Source of the DNA: Vicugna vicugna
Taxonomy: Eukaryota
Direction: 5' to 3'
NCBI GenBank assembly: GCA_013265495.1
Contig: MU058198.1
Span: forward strand, 5,905,779-5,969,778
Length of the DNA stretch: 64,000 nucleotides
Of this stretch, positions 38,242 through 49,370 are shown piece by piece (position 1 is the first letter of the stretch; the number at the start of each line of letters is the position of its first letter). A program made the translations under genes and the position numbers. The notes under the pieces were generated by a model. The model was given only the letters and a program-made list of their open reading frames with translations, did not search any database and was not told where the DNA came from.

Positions 38242-40753
38242 GTGAGTATCCCTTGGGTCCCAGAGCTGAGAAGTACACAGGCTCCCTACCCCAGCATCAG
38301 AGCTGCCCTGTCCTGTGTCCTTACCTCACCTTAGGGTTCTGCTCTTTAGTTGCACTGGCGACTAATAGGTCGCTAATGAGTTGCTAATAAGTTTGAGCAC
38401 TAACTAGAGAGAGACAACGGAGGTATGAAAAGGAGCTGGACTGGGACCCATGACCTCAGCCTCTGTCTAGCTGTGACGTTGGCCTTGTTCCCTCTATGTA
38501 GAGCGAGGGTCCTTTTAACCCTGTCTCTTAGGGATTCTGTCCCCATTATGAGACAAGTTGGGGCACTGGGTCCCAAGAGAAAAACTTCCCTGAGTTTTCT
38601 CACATTTATTAGCTCCAGTGAGGCCCGGGATTTCCCTCCAGGCTGGAGGTGGGAGGAGTCCAGGGGCAGGAGGGGCTCGGCTGGTGGGAGCAGCCATCAC
38701 TGTGGTTCCAGAATCAGGGCCGGGTAGGGTCCAGGAGGCAGCTTTTAGGGTGTGTGTGCAAAGCGGGATGTCCAGGGAGGGGGTCAGAGGCACGCAAACA
38801 CAGCTGAGAGAGTCCTGCCCTCCTCAGGAATGCCCCAGCCCCTGTGGTCCGGGAGTTTCTGGCCCTAGATTGCCAGCGGTGGGGACAGGGGATGAGAAGG
38901 TGTCTGTCATTCACACTCTGGGGGCCAGGTTTGCACCATTCTGCTGAGTGGGTGTTGCACTGCAGAGGGTGTGAATGAAGCTTCGCACACGCCCAGACAC
39001 ACCCAGAGTCTCTCTCACACCTTCCTAAATACAGCCTTGGACAAATGCACGGTGTCCCACCAGCTCTTGGCCTCCCCAGCACAGACGCAGAAGCTGCCAC
39101 ACTCTCTCACGCATGCGGACACGCAGGCGCACACGTGCACACACTAGCTCACATGCTCCCGCAGCCATGCAGATCCAGCTGTGGCACAGGGGCGCCCTCT
39201 TGCCCCTCTGAGCGAGCTGGGCAGACAGCAGGCCACCCCCTCCCCTGCAGAGGAGAAGGGACCGCACCACTGTCACTCCACCCTGCAGTGTGGCTTCAAG
39301 TCGCAGCTCTCTCTGGCCCCCTCCCTCCCACCCTCCCTGCCAGGGTCCAAGGCCAGGCCTGCACCCAGATGTGGCAGGAGGCAGATTCTCCCTCACCCCC
39401 CAACCCAGGACCCCTCCCTCCTCCTGGGCCCTGGGCCACCCTGGGCTGAGCAGCCCCCATCCGTGACCCCGTCCTTGACCCTGGGCTCTGCAGACATCCC
39501 CTCACTTCCTCCCTGACTGGTTCTCACTGCCCAGCCCAGGCCATACAGGGGAGCGGAGGACTGGCCTCTGCCCACCTGGGGAAGAGAGGAGAGGGCTGAG
39601 GAGCTCTTCTGGTCCCAAAGGACCCATGACTGAAAGAGCAATGACAATAATGCCCTCACTGTGGCCTCCTGAGCGTGTGCCTTCTCCCACTTCGGCTCAT
39701 GGTGCTGAGTCGGTGCTGAGTCATACGCAGCTTCAGAGTTCCTTTTTGGAACCCCTGGAAGGTTCATTTGTTGGTTTGACTAGTATCTCTTGGGGGCCTG
39801 CTGTGTGCTGGCTCTATCTCTGAGAACAAAACCTCTGTCTCAACGAGCTGAGATCTCCGAGAGGGGGGCGGATGGCAAGCAGGGTCACGGAGCAGAACAT
39901 GGGGAATGTCCGATGGTGGCAGACGGAGCTGGGGGAGGCGGGAGCCGGGGAAGGATGTCACTCCTCTCACACCTGGACAGCGCTGTCACCCAGCCTCCTG
40001 AATCACCTCCTTCTGCTGCTTAGTTTGGTCTCCGTGAATTTTCACCCCGTGAGCTAGAAACTGGTCCCTTTTACAAGAGAGGAAATGAAGACACATGACC
40101 TGTGTCCAGCTCAAGTTCATAAAACAAATTTGGGATGGAGCAGAACTGGAAGCTTTGACCTTTACACAGAAGCACCCAGGAGACCATGGTGGTGTGGCCT
40201 GGACCTCTGCTCCTGCACCTTCCAGAAGATGTCTGGGAGATGGGAACAGGATGTCTTGGGAAGCTAGAATTAAAAGTGAATGATGTCATCATTTAGAACA
40301 GAAATGGAGAATGGGTGGGTCTGGCCACAGTGTGGCTTAGAAAGCTTTAGGACTGGCAGCTAATGTTAACATTTGAGAGCTTTCCCACCATAATCCGGAC
40401 TTCCAGCTTGTTGGGTTTTTTTTTTCCTGGCCATGCTGGTCTGCTTTCCTGCCCCCTTGAACGTGGCATCCCCCTTTAGATGGGGAGGGCTCAGTCCCCA
40501 AACCTGCTTCACCCACATCTGTTCCCTGCCCACCCCTGAGTTTGCAACCCAATCTAGTCTAAATCTCTCATTTCTCAGATGGGCGAACAGAGGACCAGAG
40601 ACAGGGGATGCTTCACCTCAAGTCATTCTGGGTTACTAGTCCTGATCTCATCAGTGACTGCTCAGGTGGAGGGGAATTTATTCCCAGCACCACATCCCTT
40701 TCAGCTGCTGCAAAATCTCATTCCATTTTATCTTTCTGGCTTTTTCCTGGAAG

Positions 40754-40899
40754 TCAAGCCATCTCCCCCTTTCAACGTGACTGTGACCTTCTCCGGACAT
40801 TATAACATCTCCTGGAGCTCCAGTTACGATCTCTTCGCGCTGAAGGGCAAACTTCAGTACGAGCTGCGGTACAGGAAGCGTGGAGACCCCTGGGCTCTG
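40754..40899 (+). CDS. IL21R: IL21R exon 5: [20 protein letters not shown]...[16 protein letters not shown]
   Basis: gaag| acceptor, |GTGAGG donor, 146 nt. Start of the second FNIII domain. Confidence 0.96.
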
Positions 40900-40949
40900 G
40901 TGAGGCACTCGGAGAATTGGCAGAGGTGGGGGAGGTGTCAGAAACAGAT

Positions 40950-41340
40950 GGTCTGGAACCTTCCCACTGTGCTTAGAACGGCCATAGTGGGAGAGTTTCA
41001 GAAGTACCAATAGCCAGGGAAGTCCAGGGTCAGAGGGACTGTTGTTTCAAATGTGAAGGTCTCTAGAGGTGTTCTTTGTTTAGAGTGTTGCAGAGTTCTG
41101 GAATGGCCCACTCTTTAAAACAGTTGAAAGTTCTAGAATTATCCATCCTTTAGAATGGTCCCAGTTTAAGATTTTCATCAGTGCCATTTCTGAGACTGTC
41201 CCCAGTGTCCATTGCTAAGATGCCTGCAGTTAAAGACTTCCAGAAATGCCCCCTATTTAGAGTACCTGCTGTTGAGGAATTCCAAAAGTGTCCAAGGTCT
41301 GCGATGCTGCCAACTGAACATTCCCAGGAATGGCCATTGC
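40950..41340. repeat. Degenerate ~35-44 bp tandem array with TTCYRGAA-like cores
   Basis: Cores near 40951, 40996, 41061, 41096, 41131, 41173, 41238, 41280, 41322. 14-aa periodicity is visible in ORF 41181-41393. Confidence 0.7.
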
Positions 41341-41660
41341 TGCTCCGGGGACAGTCCCAGGCTCAGCAGGAAGGGTGCCTGCCAGGATCGTGAGTGGCTG
41401 AGCTGGGATCAGAGGAAAACAGAACAAAGCACTGTGTCCCAGGCGAGGCTGAGGCCGGGCCCGTGGCTCTGTGCTGCCTACGCTGGAGAGGCCAGAACTC
41501 AGACTAGGGCCTGTTTGTTGGCGGTGGAGGGGGTGGTGGGAGTGGAGACTTTGCAGGAGAGACTCAGCCCTTTTATGGAGGCTGCTAAAGGGTGGTTCTG
41601 CTGGAGGCAGGGGCTGGCCTGGCTGGTCCTGACCAGTTGTATCTTTTCCTGTGCCGGCAG

Positions 41661-41838
41661 AGTCCAGGGAGAACGCTGATCTCGGTGGATTCGAGAAACA
41701 TCTCTCTCCCCCTCTTGGAGTTCCACAAAGGCTCAAGCTACGAGCTGCAGGTGCGGGCAGGGCCCCAGCCTGGCTCCTCCTTCAAGGGGACCTGGAGTGA
41801 GTGGAGTGACCCAGTCATCTTTCACACTCAGCCAGAAG
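41661..41838 (+). CDS. IL21R: IL21R exon 6 containing WSEWS (41793-41807)
   Basis: gcag| acceptor, |GTAGGT donor, 178 nt. YELQVRAGP...GTWSEWSDP is the WSXWS hallmark. Confidence 0.97.
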
Positions 41839-42292
41839 GTAGGTGTGAAGCTGGGATGGAGGCCCCGCTCCTTGTGCCAAATCTTGTCCATGTGCAGCAG
41901 CCCTGAGCCCTGAGCTTCCTGGCATGGCTAGAAGATATCCCCTCATTGTGTCTCCCCTTATAGCCCTTTTGCAGCATTTCTGTGGCTCCTGCTTGCCAGG
42001 CCCTTCATTGGGCACTGGGTGATTCTCCTGGCAGGGCATTTGGTCCCCCTAAGATACCTGTGAAGTGGGAATTATTACCACCATTTTGCAGGTGAGAAAA
42101 CTGAGGCTCAGAGAGAGGAAATCATTTGCTTAAGGTAGGAGTGGGAGCAGGATTTGAACCTATGTCTATCCCACTGCAAGGCACCAGCATCCATCCCCAT
42201 GGCCCCTTCTGCTCCAGGTCAGACCCTTTGCCCAACACACCCAGCCCCTGTAGCCTCTATTCCATTTCACTCTGTGTTTGTTTCCTTCCCAG

Positions 42293-42389
42293 AGATAAAG
42301 GGAAACTGGTACCCTCACCTGCTTCCCATCCTGGTCCTCGTGTCCCCCATCCTTGTCTTCTTAGGCCTGAAGATCCACCTGCCTTCGAG
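42293..42389 (+). CDS. IL21R: IL21R exon 7: transmembrane (E)IKGNWYPHLLPILVLVSPILVFLGLKIHLPS(R)
   Basis: ccag| acceptor, |GTGAGG donor, 97 nt, hydrophobic segment. Confidence 0.94.
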
Positions 42390-43372
42390 GTGAGGCTGGG
42401 TAACAGGGAGGCAGGGAGGGGGTCAGCCTGGGCCAGGACTGGGGGACACCGTGACGGTGATAATGACAGTGATGGTGATAATAAACCGTTTACTGGGCAC
42501 TGGGTGGAGCACTCACTTAACCATGACAGCAGCAACATGAGCTTTACATAGCATTTACTCCCATTTGACAAGTGGGGAAACCAAGGCCCAGAGCCACCAA
42601 GGAACTTGGCCATAGCCACACATCTATGAAGTGGAGAAGGTAGAATTTGGACCTCGGTTGGGCTCTTGTCCAGTGAATCTTAAGCTCTGAGTCCCAAGGG
42701 GCAGGAGGGGGCCATTGGGTGGGGGTAAAGGGTCTGTGGGCTGATCCCCCACCATCCCTTCTGCTTCAGAACTGGAAGTTTTGCTTTTATCTGTTTATAT
42801 GTTGGGTTTCTGCTGAACATGGTCATCAAGAGAAGGGCTGCTGCTGCTGAAAAATAAAACCAAAGCTCCACTGGCCTTTGCCAGTGCTGCCGGCTTGAGG
42901 CTGTCGTTTGCTGAGCCCTTACTAAGTGGCAGACGCTGGGCCGGGGGCTCTGCATACCTGGCTTATCTTGTTTAAGGAAGAGAATCTTGCGAATGGCAGT
43001 GGAGATTGCGGGGCTCAGTGCTCTCTCTAGGTGCCTCAGGCACTGTGCCCATAGGCGCTGACTCCTCCCCACAGCTCTGGGGAGTGGTTCTTTGCTCATC
43101 CCTGGTGGGGGAGGAGGAAGCCAAGGCTCAGAGGGGCTGCATTTTCTCAGCACAGAATAGGCAGCCAAGCCCTGAAACTCCGTGCAGCTTCAGGAGACTC
43201 GCTGTCCCACATTACAGATGTGAAAATTGAGGCCTGGGCCAGAGGGAACAGAAGGGAGGGGCCTGGGTGTGTCTCAGAGGCACTGAGTCTCCTGCAGGAC
43301 AAAGTCGGGGAGCATCTGGGCAGGCTGCCCTCTGGGAGGTGTGTGGGGCTCACTTCATCTCTGCCCTCCCAG

Positions 43373-43454
43373 ATTGTGGAAGATGTGGGTGCAGGTGCCG
43401 AGCCCAGAGCACTTTTTCCAGCCCCTGTACCTCGGCCACAGCGGAGACTTCAAG
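43373..43454 (+). CDS. IL21R: IL21R exon 8: Box1 LWKMWVQVPSPEHFFQPLYLGHSGDFK
   Basis: ccag| acceptor, |GTGAGT donor, 82 nt. VPSP Box1 (JAK1-binding) motif. Confidence 0.96.
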
Positions 43455-45010
43455 GTGAGTACTCCCACCCTGTGAAGAGCCCCCCCAGAGCCTCTCACCC
43501 TCTGGGAGCTTGCATCCACCCTCATGCCCAGACTCCCAGCCCCACCCTGCAGGCCCGAGGCTCCCAGGCCCCCACCAGGGCTGGAGCCAGGCTTCAGCCT
43601 CTGTACCTGCAAAATGCAGGAAGTAATTCCTGTGGGGCAGAGTTGCCATAAGAAATAAACAAGATCAGGTAACATTTCCCAGCCCAAGGAGCCCAACTTG
43701 GGGAGGACGGAGCCAGGTGATCCCATGAGCCACAAACTGGCCTCCTGGTCCTATGGCAGAAGCCCTTGATAGGGAGGTGGAGAGCTGGCAGTTTCTGGGA
43801 AGGGAATGGCTCCACCTGCAAAATCCACCAGCCTCCTGTGGGCCCCAGCCCCGCCGCTACCGCCAGCGCCCTGGATTCTCTGTGCCCGTTTATCACTAGG
43901 CACCTGTCCCAGTGGTGGCGGCGGCCCGACAGCAGCCACCGCAGAGAGGATGTGGTGACAGCTGGGAGGGGCAGCCCACCTGCTCTTGCAGAGCCTGGAA
44001 GTCAGGAAGTGCGACTAGAGCCCTGACTGAGCTCCCGCCGCCTGCTGTCTGCCTGGCGCTCCCCGAGCACTGTCTCACCTCCCCCTCTTTTATCCTCACA
44101 GCAGCCCCTGTGGGTGGGTGGCAGGGTGGCAGGGTGGCTGAGTGGGTGGGTGCTCCATTGTCCCAGGGGACCCACAAGGAGACCTGGGCTCAGAGTGGGA
44201 CAAGGGAGGAGCCTGGGCTCCATCCCACACTGGAAAACCCTTTCTTTCCTCTTTCCTCTGCACTTTCCCCAAAGCTCAAATATCACATCTATTTTGCAAG
44301 CATTTTACCAGTATTCATCCAGCATATGCTGCACACCAGGGAGTCTGCTAGGAGCTTCAAAGATAGTGTTTCGTGTATCTTTAATTCCTACAGCTGCCCT
44401 GTGGTGGAGGGGACTATCAGCAGATGAGGAAATTGAGGCACAGAGAGGTTGAGTAACTGGCTCAAGGCCACACAGCTGAGAAGTGACCTCAAATCAGTGG
44501 TGGTAGCCTCAGCAGGAGTCTGAGATGAGCTGTCTGGTGGAGTAGATTCAAAAGTGGTAGATTTCAGTTCTCAGGGATTTGCTCTGCTGATTGGGTGGAG
44601 ACCCAGTGTCAGGAGTGGGACAATAAAACAGGAGGCCTGGAGGGGCTCTGTCACTCAGCCCTCAGGCCCTCCAGCCTCCGTGTCCCCACAACTCAGGAAT
44701 CTGGGCCCTGCACTTACACAGACCTCAGGAACTTTGGATTGTGTGAGCTGGCAGGCTGCGGAGGGCCATGGTTCCCTGCTACAGGAGGGGAACTGAGGCC
44801 CAGGGAGGCTGGTGGGGACTATCACTGGACAGGGACGCAGCATGATGCTAATCTCCCCCACCCCTGCCTCTCTCTTTACCTTCTGGTGTTTCTCTCTCTC
44901 TGTCTCTGTCTTCCTCTCTTGCTGTCTGTCCTGTCTCTGTGTCTGTCTGTTTCCACCCCCTCCCTTGTCCCCACTCTCATCCATGACTTCCCTCCTTTTC
45001 ACTCTCGTAG

Positions 45011-45766
45011 AAATGGGTGGGTGCACCCTTCACTGCCTCCAGCCTGGAGCTCAGGCCCTGGAGCCCAGAGGCACCCTTGCGCCTGGAGATGCACAGCCAG
45101 TGCTCCCCACTGTGTGCAGCCAAGGAGCTGGTGCTCACAGAGCTGCGGAAGCCCACAGACCTGGTGGAATCCGATGGGGTGACTGAGCCTGGCTCCTGGG
45201 GCCCAGCGCCCTCCACCACTGGCAGCTTGGGTGGCTCAGCTTACAGCCAGGAGAGGGACCGGCCGTATGGCCAGATATCCATCGAAACGGTGACCGTGGT
45301 GGACGCAGAGGGACTGTGCGGCTGGCCCTGCACCTGTGAGGATGATGGCTACCCAGCCCTGAACCTGGACCCTGGCCTGGAGTCTGGCCCGGGCACTGAA
45401 GATGCACTCCTGCACACGGGGACCACAGTCCTGTCTTGTGGCTGTGTCTCAGCCAGTGACCCTGCCGGGCTTGGGGGCAGCCTGCAGGACAGGCTAAAGC
45501 TGCCCCTTGAGGATGAGGCAAGTTGGGCCCCAGGGGTTCCCTGGAGCAGCAGGCCGCCCCGAGGGGTGTCGGATAGTGAGGCTGGCTCCCCTACAGCTGG
45601 CCTGGATATGGACACGTTTGACAGCGGCTTTGCGGACTCTGACTGCAGCAGCCCTGTGGAGTGTGACTTCACCAGCCCCAGGGACGAAGGGCCCCCCAGG
45701 AGCTACCTCCGCCAGTGGGTGGTCATGACGCCTCCACCTGGGGGGCCGGGGCCCCAGGCCAGCTAG
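45011..45766 (+). CDS. IL21R: IL21R exon 9 coding part: cytoplasmic tail to stop
   Basis: gtag| acceptor. KWVGAPFT...DMDTFDSGF...SYLRQWVV...GPQAS*. YLRQ STAT-docking motif at 45704-45715. Confidence 0.97.
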   Translation, partial: KWVGAPFTASSLELRPWSPEAPLRLEMHSQCSPLCAAKELVLTELRKPTDLVESDGVTEPGSWGPAPSTTGSLGGSAYSQERDRPYGQISIETVTVVDAEGLCGWPCTCEDDGYPALNLDPGLESGPGTEDALLHTGTTVLSCGCVSASDPAGLGGSLQDRLKLPLEDEASWAPGVPWSSRPPRGVSDSEAGSPTAGLDMDTFDSGFADSDCSSPVECDFTSPRDEGPPRSYLRQWVVMTPPPGGPGPQAS

Positions 45767-46443
45767 TAAAGTAGACTGGCCATCCAGAGCCGGCCATGCT
45801 TCTGGGCCACGAGCCAGAGACAGGGTCACCTGGGCTGTGTGTGAAGAGGCCTGCAGCCCTTGGTCTTCCTGGGGGGGCCCCTCGATGGGGCCCCTGAGCC
45901 CAGTGTTCAGGATGTGCGTCTGGGGCTCTGGTGCCCAAGTGCCCATGGACACCGAGCATGCCCATGGTTATGCCATGTGCCCAAGGCCACATGTGTCTGT
46001 ACCTACCTGAGCTCCCTGTGTGCACAAATGCCTCTGTGTATGTGATGACAGCCTCCCTCTTTCCCAGGAACATGGGGTAGCCCCTGGATCATGTGCTAAC
46101 AGGCTGATCCAGTGCTGCCCACAGGCCCTGCCGGTACCAGGGCGCTGCCTGGGGCAGACTGCCAAGCTCAGCCCTCCAGGTCCTGTATCCAGGAGCCGCC
46201 AGAGTCCAGACTGTTCCTTTCAGGGGCCAAGCCCACGGTGACCCTGAGGGTGGGAAGACTTGGGGGGCGGCCAGCGGGCCTAGGTCTGAATCCTGACTCT
46301 GACGCCTCCTGGCTGTGCCACCTTGGGCAGGTTGCTTTCCCGTTCTGGGCTGGAGTTTCCTGTCTGGACAACGGGGGTGGCGTGCCCTACCTTGGGGAGA
46401 AATTGGTGAGGTCGCCCATGTATAGTGTGCAGCCCAGACCTTT

Positions 46444-46449
46444 AATAAA
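46444..46449 (+). terminator. IL21R: Candidate IL21R polyadenylation signal AATAAA
   Basis: First canonical hexamer I found after the stop, ~680 nt downstream. Confidence 0.6.
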
Positions 46450-47919
46450 CATCAACTTCCTTCCTTCTGCGGCCAGGACCAAGGCTCGTGCTGGAGGCGG
46501 GTAGGGGTGAGAAACCAGACACCGCCCAGGTACCTGCGGGCTGTCCCGCCCTGTCGAAGGGCACATGGGGGATTCCGGCTTCGTCTCTTAGAAACAGCCC
46601 CTTACCGACCAAGGTTTCTTTTCCTGGCTCCTGCTGCCTGTTTTGTTGTTCCCTTTATGCACCCAAGACATATTTATTGAGTGCAAGTACTTGAAGGTGC
46701 AGGGCTACCTGGAGAGGACCCATCCTTTGGCATACATGTGGGGGAGGGGTGCAGACCAGACTCTGCAGGAATGAGACAGTGGTCCTGGTCCCCCGTATCT
46801 CATTTGCTTGTCCTGGGGAGCCGGGGGAAGTCAAGTTCTCAATAATTTGTCAGGGAGCCTGCTGACATGTGAATTTAAGATGCTAAGAAAATACTTCTTT
46901 GCGATGTTTGGAAGGCACGTTACTGAACACAAGAGCTAGGTATCAGTGCAGCATCTTGCATACAACTCATACTTAAGAAAAGAAAAGAGATCCTTTATCC
47001 CCTAAGGGGGCTCACCTTTAGAGGCAGTTTTTTGAGACCACCCAGCAGGGTTAATTTGGCAGAGGGTCTGATTCAGCCACAGGCTCTCAGAACCCTGGGG
47101 GAATCATCACCCCATCATCCTCCCCAAAGTCCACAGGACGGTGCCTGAAGGAGACAAATCTGGCTTGCCTCTGCTTTTGGACGAGGGCTGAGCCAGAAGC
47201 CAGCCCTGCTGATGGCTTTTCTGTGACTCCTCTGTAAAAGGGGGTGGTTGGGAGAAGTGGCCCAGAGAACATGGGAGTCCTTGGTGCCAAAAGTTCTAGA
47301 ACATTGGATGGTCATAATAGTGGGACTGAACCTGGAATCAGGGTGCATGAGGCTAAGATAGGAACACAAGTGTGAAACCACAGCCCCTGCAGGTGTGAGC
47401 AGCCCTCACCATCCCCCACCGTAACCGTGGAGATGCTTGGGCCAAGGTGTGCTGTGGTTTTCACACCCTCTTGGAGGCCACAGGCTCCAGGCACCCTCTG
47501 AGCCCCAGGCTCCTGGGGGAAGCAGCTCAGCTCTCCAGCACACAGAGCTCTGAGTCAGGGTGCCGGGGGAGGGGACACTTGGGAGACTGGCTGATGCCAG
47601 GCCTGGGGGGTGGGACGGGGCTCTGACCTGGACCAGACATGGCTTCTCACTGATTCTGTCTTTGAAGGGACTCAGCTCATAAATATGGGTGCAAAATAGA
47701 GACTAGAGCTGGTCCACCTGGGAGGGTGGATTCGTAGGAGTGAGGTGGATGGATGGATAAAAGGATGATAAAAGGCATGAAGGAGAGAGAGTTGGATGGA
47801 CAGATGGCGATAAACAGTTGTTAGAGACAAGGATGAAACAGCAAACGTAACCTCCGTGAAGGCAACAACTCCTCTTTTGTTCCCTGCACGACCCCCGGCC
47901 AGGCAGAGAGTGGACCCTC

Positions 47920-48068
47920 AGTAAAGCCTGGTTGGCAGTATTTGCTTATGTAAATACTTCCACTGTGGCCAATTTCAAGCTACCAACTTGACGGCTGTAA
48001 ACAAGGGGTTGGAAGAGATGTTCATAATAAACTCTTCTCGCTGGTGTGAGCCAGCCCCAGCACACCAT
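47920..48068 (+). mobile_element. hAT MITE remnant (MER63-like)
   Basis: ATGTAAATACTTCCACTGTGGCCAATTTCAAGCTACCAAC...CCAGCACACCA terminus. Confidence 0.55.
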
Positions 48069-48559
48069 GGATGGGAGCCCAGAGGGGGCGTCAGGAGGGC
48101 CAGGCTGGGGGTGCTTCAGGGTGAGATGGTATCTGGTTGGACTTTGAAAAATGAATCAGAGTTGTTAGGGACACCACCAGCTCCTTGGGCAGAAGAAGAG
48201 CTTGAGTGAAGGCCTGGAGGTGTGACTGAGCCCTGAGCCCCTGGGGGTGCGGAAGGCGGTTCGCTGTCACCCAAAGGCCAGGCCAGAATTGCTAACAACC
48301 CCGTCTTAAGAGGCAGGATTGGTAGCAACCCCCCTTTTGTGGATGCCACAATCTGCTCCTGGCCCGGCCCTTTTCCATCTGCAGGCTCCGAGGCACCGGG
48401 ATACCCGCGTGACAGATGAAGTAAAGATGCAGAAGGGGCCAGTGACTTGCCTGAGGTCACACACTAAATTGGAGGTCAGAGTCAGAACTTGAACTCTGGT
48501 TGCTCTGATGAAAGAGAACTAGATCAGGAGGGAAGAAACTCTTGGCAAACACCTGTGGG

Positions 48560-49370
48560 TACCTGTGCTTCTGCCAGGGCAGCATCCTGTTGGGTGGCTA
48601 TGGATCCAGGCCTGGCCAAGAAAGCATCCTGTCTTCCTGACCACAGTACTGGTCAGACATGAGATCCAAACTGGTCCATATGCTCTTCCTCCTGCTGAGA
48701 TTGCTCAGCTGTAGGGGTGGACAAAATCTGGAGCTGCTGGGAGAGGGGCACCAGGAGGGAACAGCTCACCTGAGATGAGGCCAAGACACAGGAAAGCGGA
48801 GCTGGGAGGCGGATACCTATTCCTGGTATCATCTTTTAAGGCCCTGGATCCAGCCATGCCTGAAACTACACACCCCCTGGAATTTTGAGGTCCATGAATA
48901 TAGAAGTCATTACGTTGTTGACCAAATACTTCTAACTCTTGGTCTCCTGGTCAAGATGGTGCCGTATGACCAGGACTGGCCAATGAGTGGTGAGCAGAAG
49001 TGGTAAGTTTCAGTTCTGGACCAGAGCACTGGACTGATGGTTGTGCTGCCCTCTAGAGTGTTCCTCTCTGCCAGTGACTGGTGATGTTTGAGATGACAGC
49101 CGCTCCATCAGCCTGGGTCCTCAAGTGGGGAGACGTGGAGCAGACCTTCTAGTTCACCTGCGATGTACACATATTGTAAACAAGAAAAAAATCCTTTGTT
49201 CTAATCCGCTAAGGTTTGGGGGCTGTTTGTTACCACAGCATAACCCAGCCTATCCTGACTGAATCGATGAGCTGTAAGTTTTCTTTTTTTGCTTAAGCAG
49301 GTTTGAGATGGGTTTCTGTCACTTGCACTAGGAAGTGTCCTGGCAATATTCTCAGTGCATCCCTACAATA
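48560..49370 (+). mobile_element. Old MaLR LTR remnants (MLT1H/K-like)
   Basis: CCTGGATCCAGCCATGCCTGAA and GTTTGTTACCACAGCATAACCCAGCCTATCCTGACTGA 3' end. Confidence 0.65.

Larger units (their letters stand above)
14210..46470 (+). other. IL21R: IL21R gene span (9 exons; exon 1 non-coding), 536-aa type I cytokine receptor
   Basis: Coding exons of 49+103+200+146+178+97+82+756 = 1611 nt join in frame with GT-AG sites. Protein has signal peptide, 4 Cys in D1, WSEWS, TM, Box1 and YLRQ tail. TSS and 3' end are approximate. Confidence 0.97.

Noticed and set aside
40950..41340. Repeat array as CRISPR-like, or ORF 41181-41393 as a real repeat protein
   Set aside because: Eukaryotic intron with degenerate units, no unique-spacer structure and no cas genes. 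The ORF starts at GTG and has no splice support.
45135..45952. Antisense ORFs over IL21R exon 9 (human has an antisense lncRNA near here, from memory)
   Set aside because: Shadow ORFs of GC-rich coding sequence; an antisense transcript cannot be shown from DNA alone.
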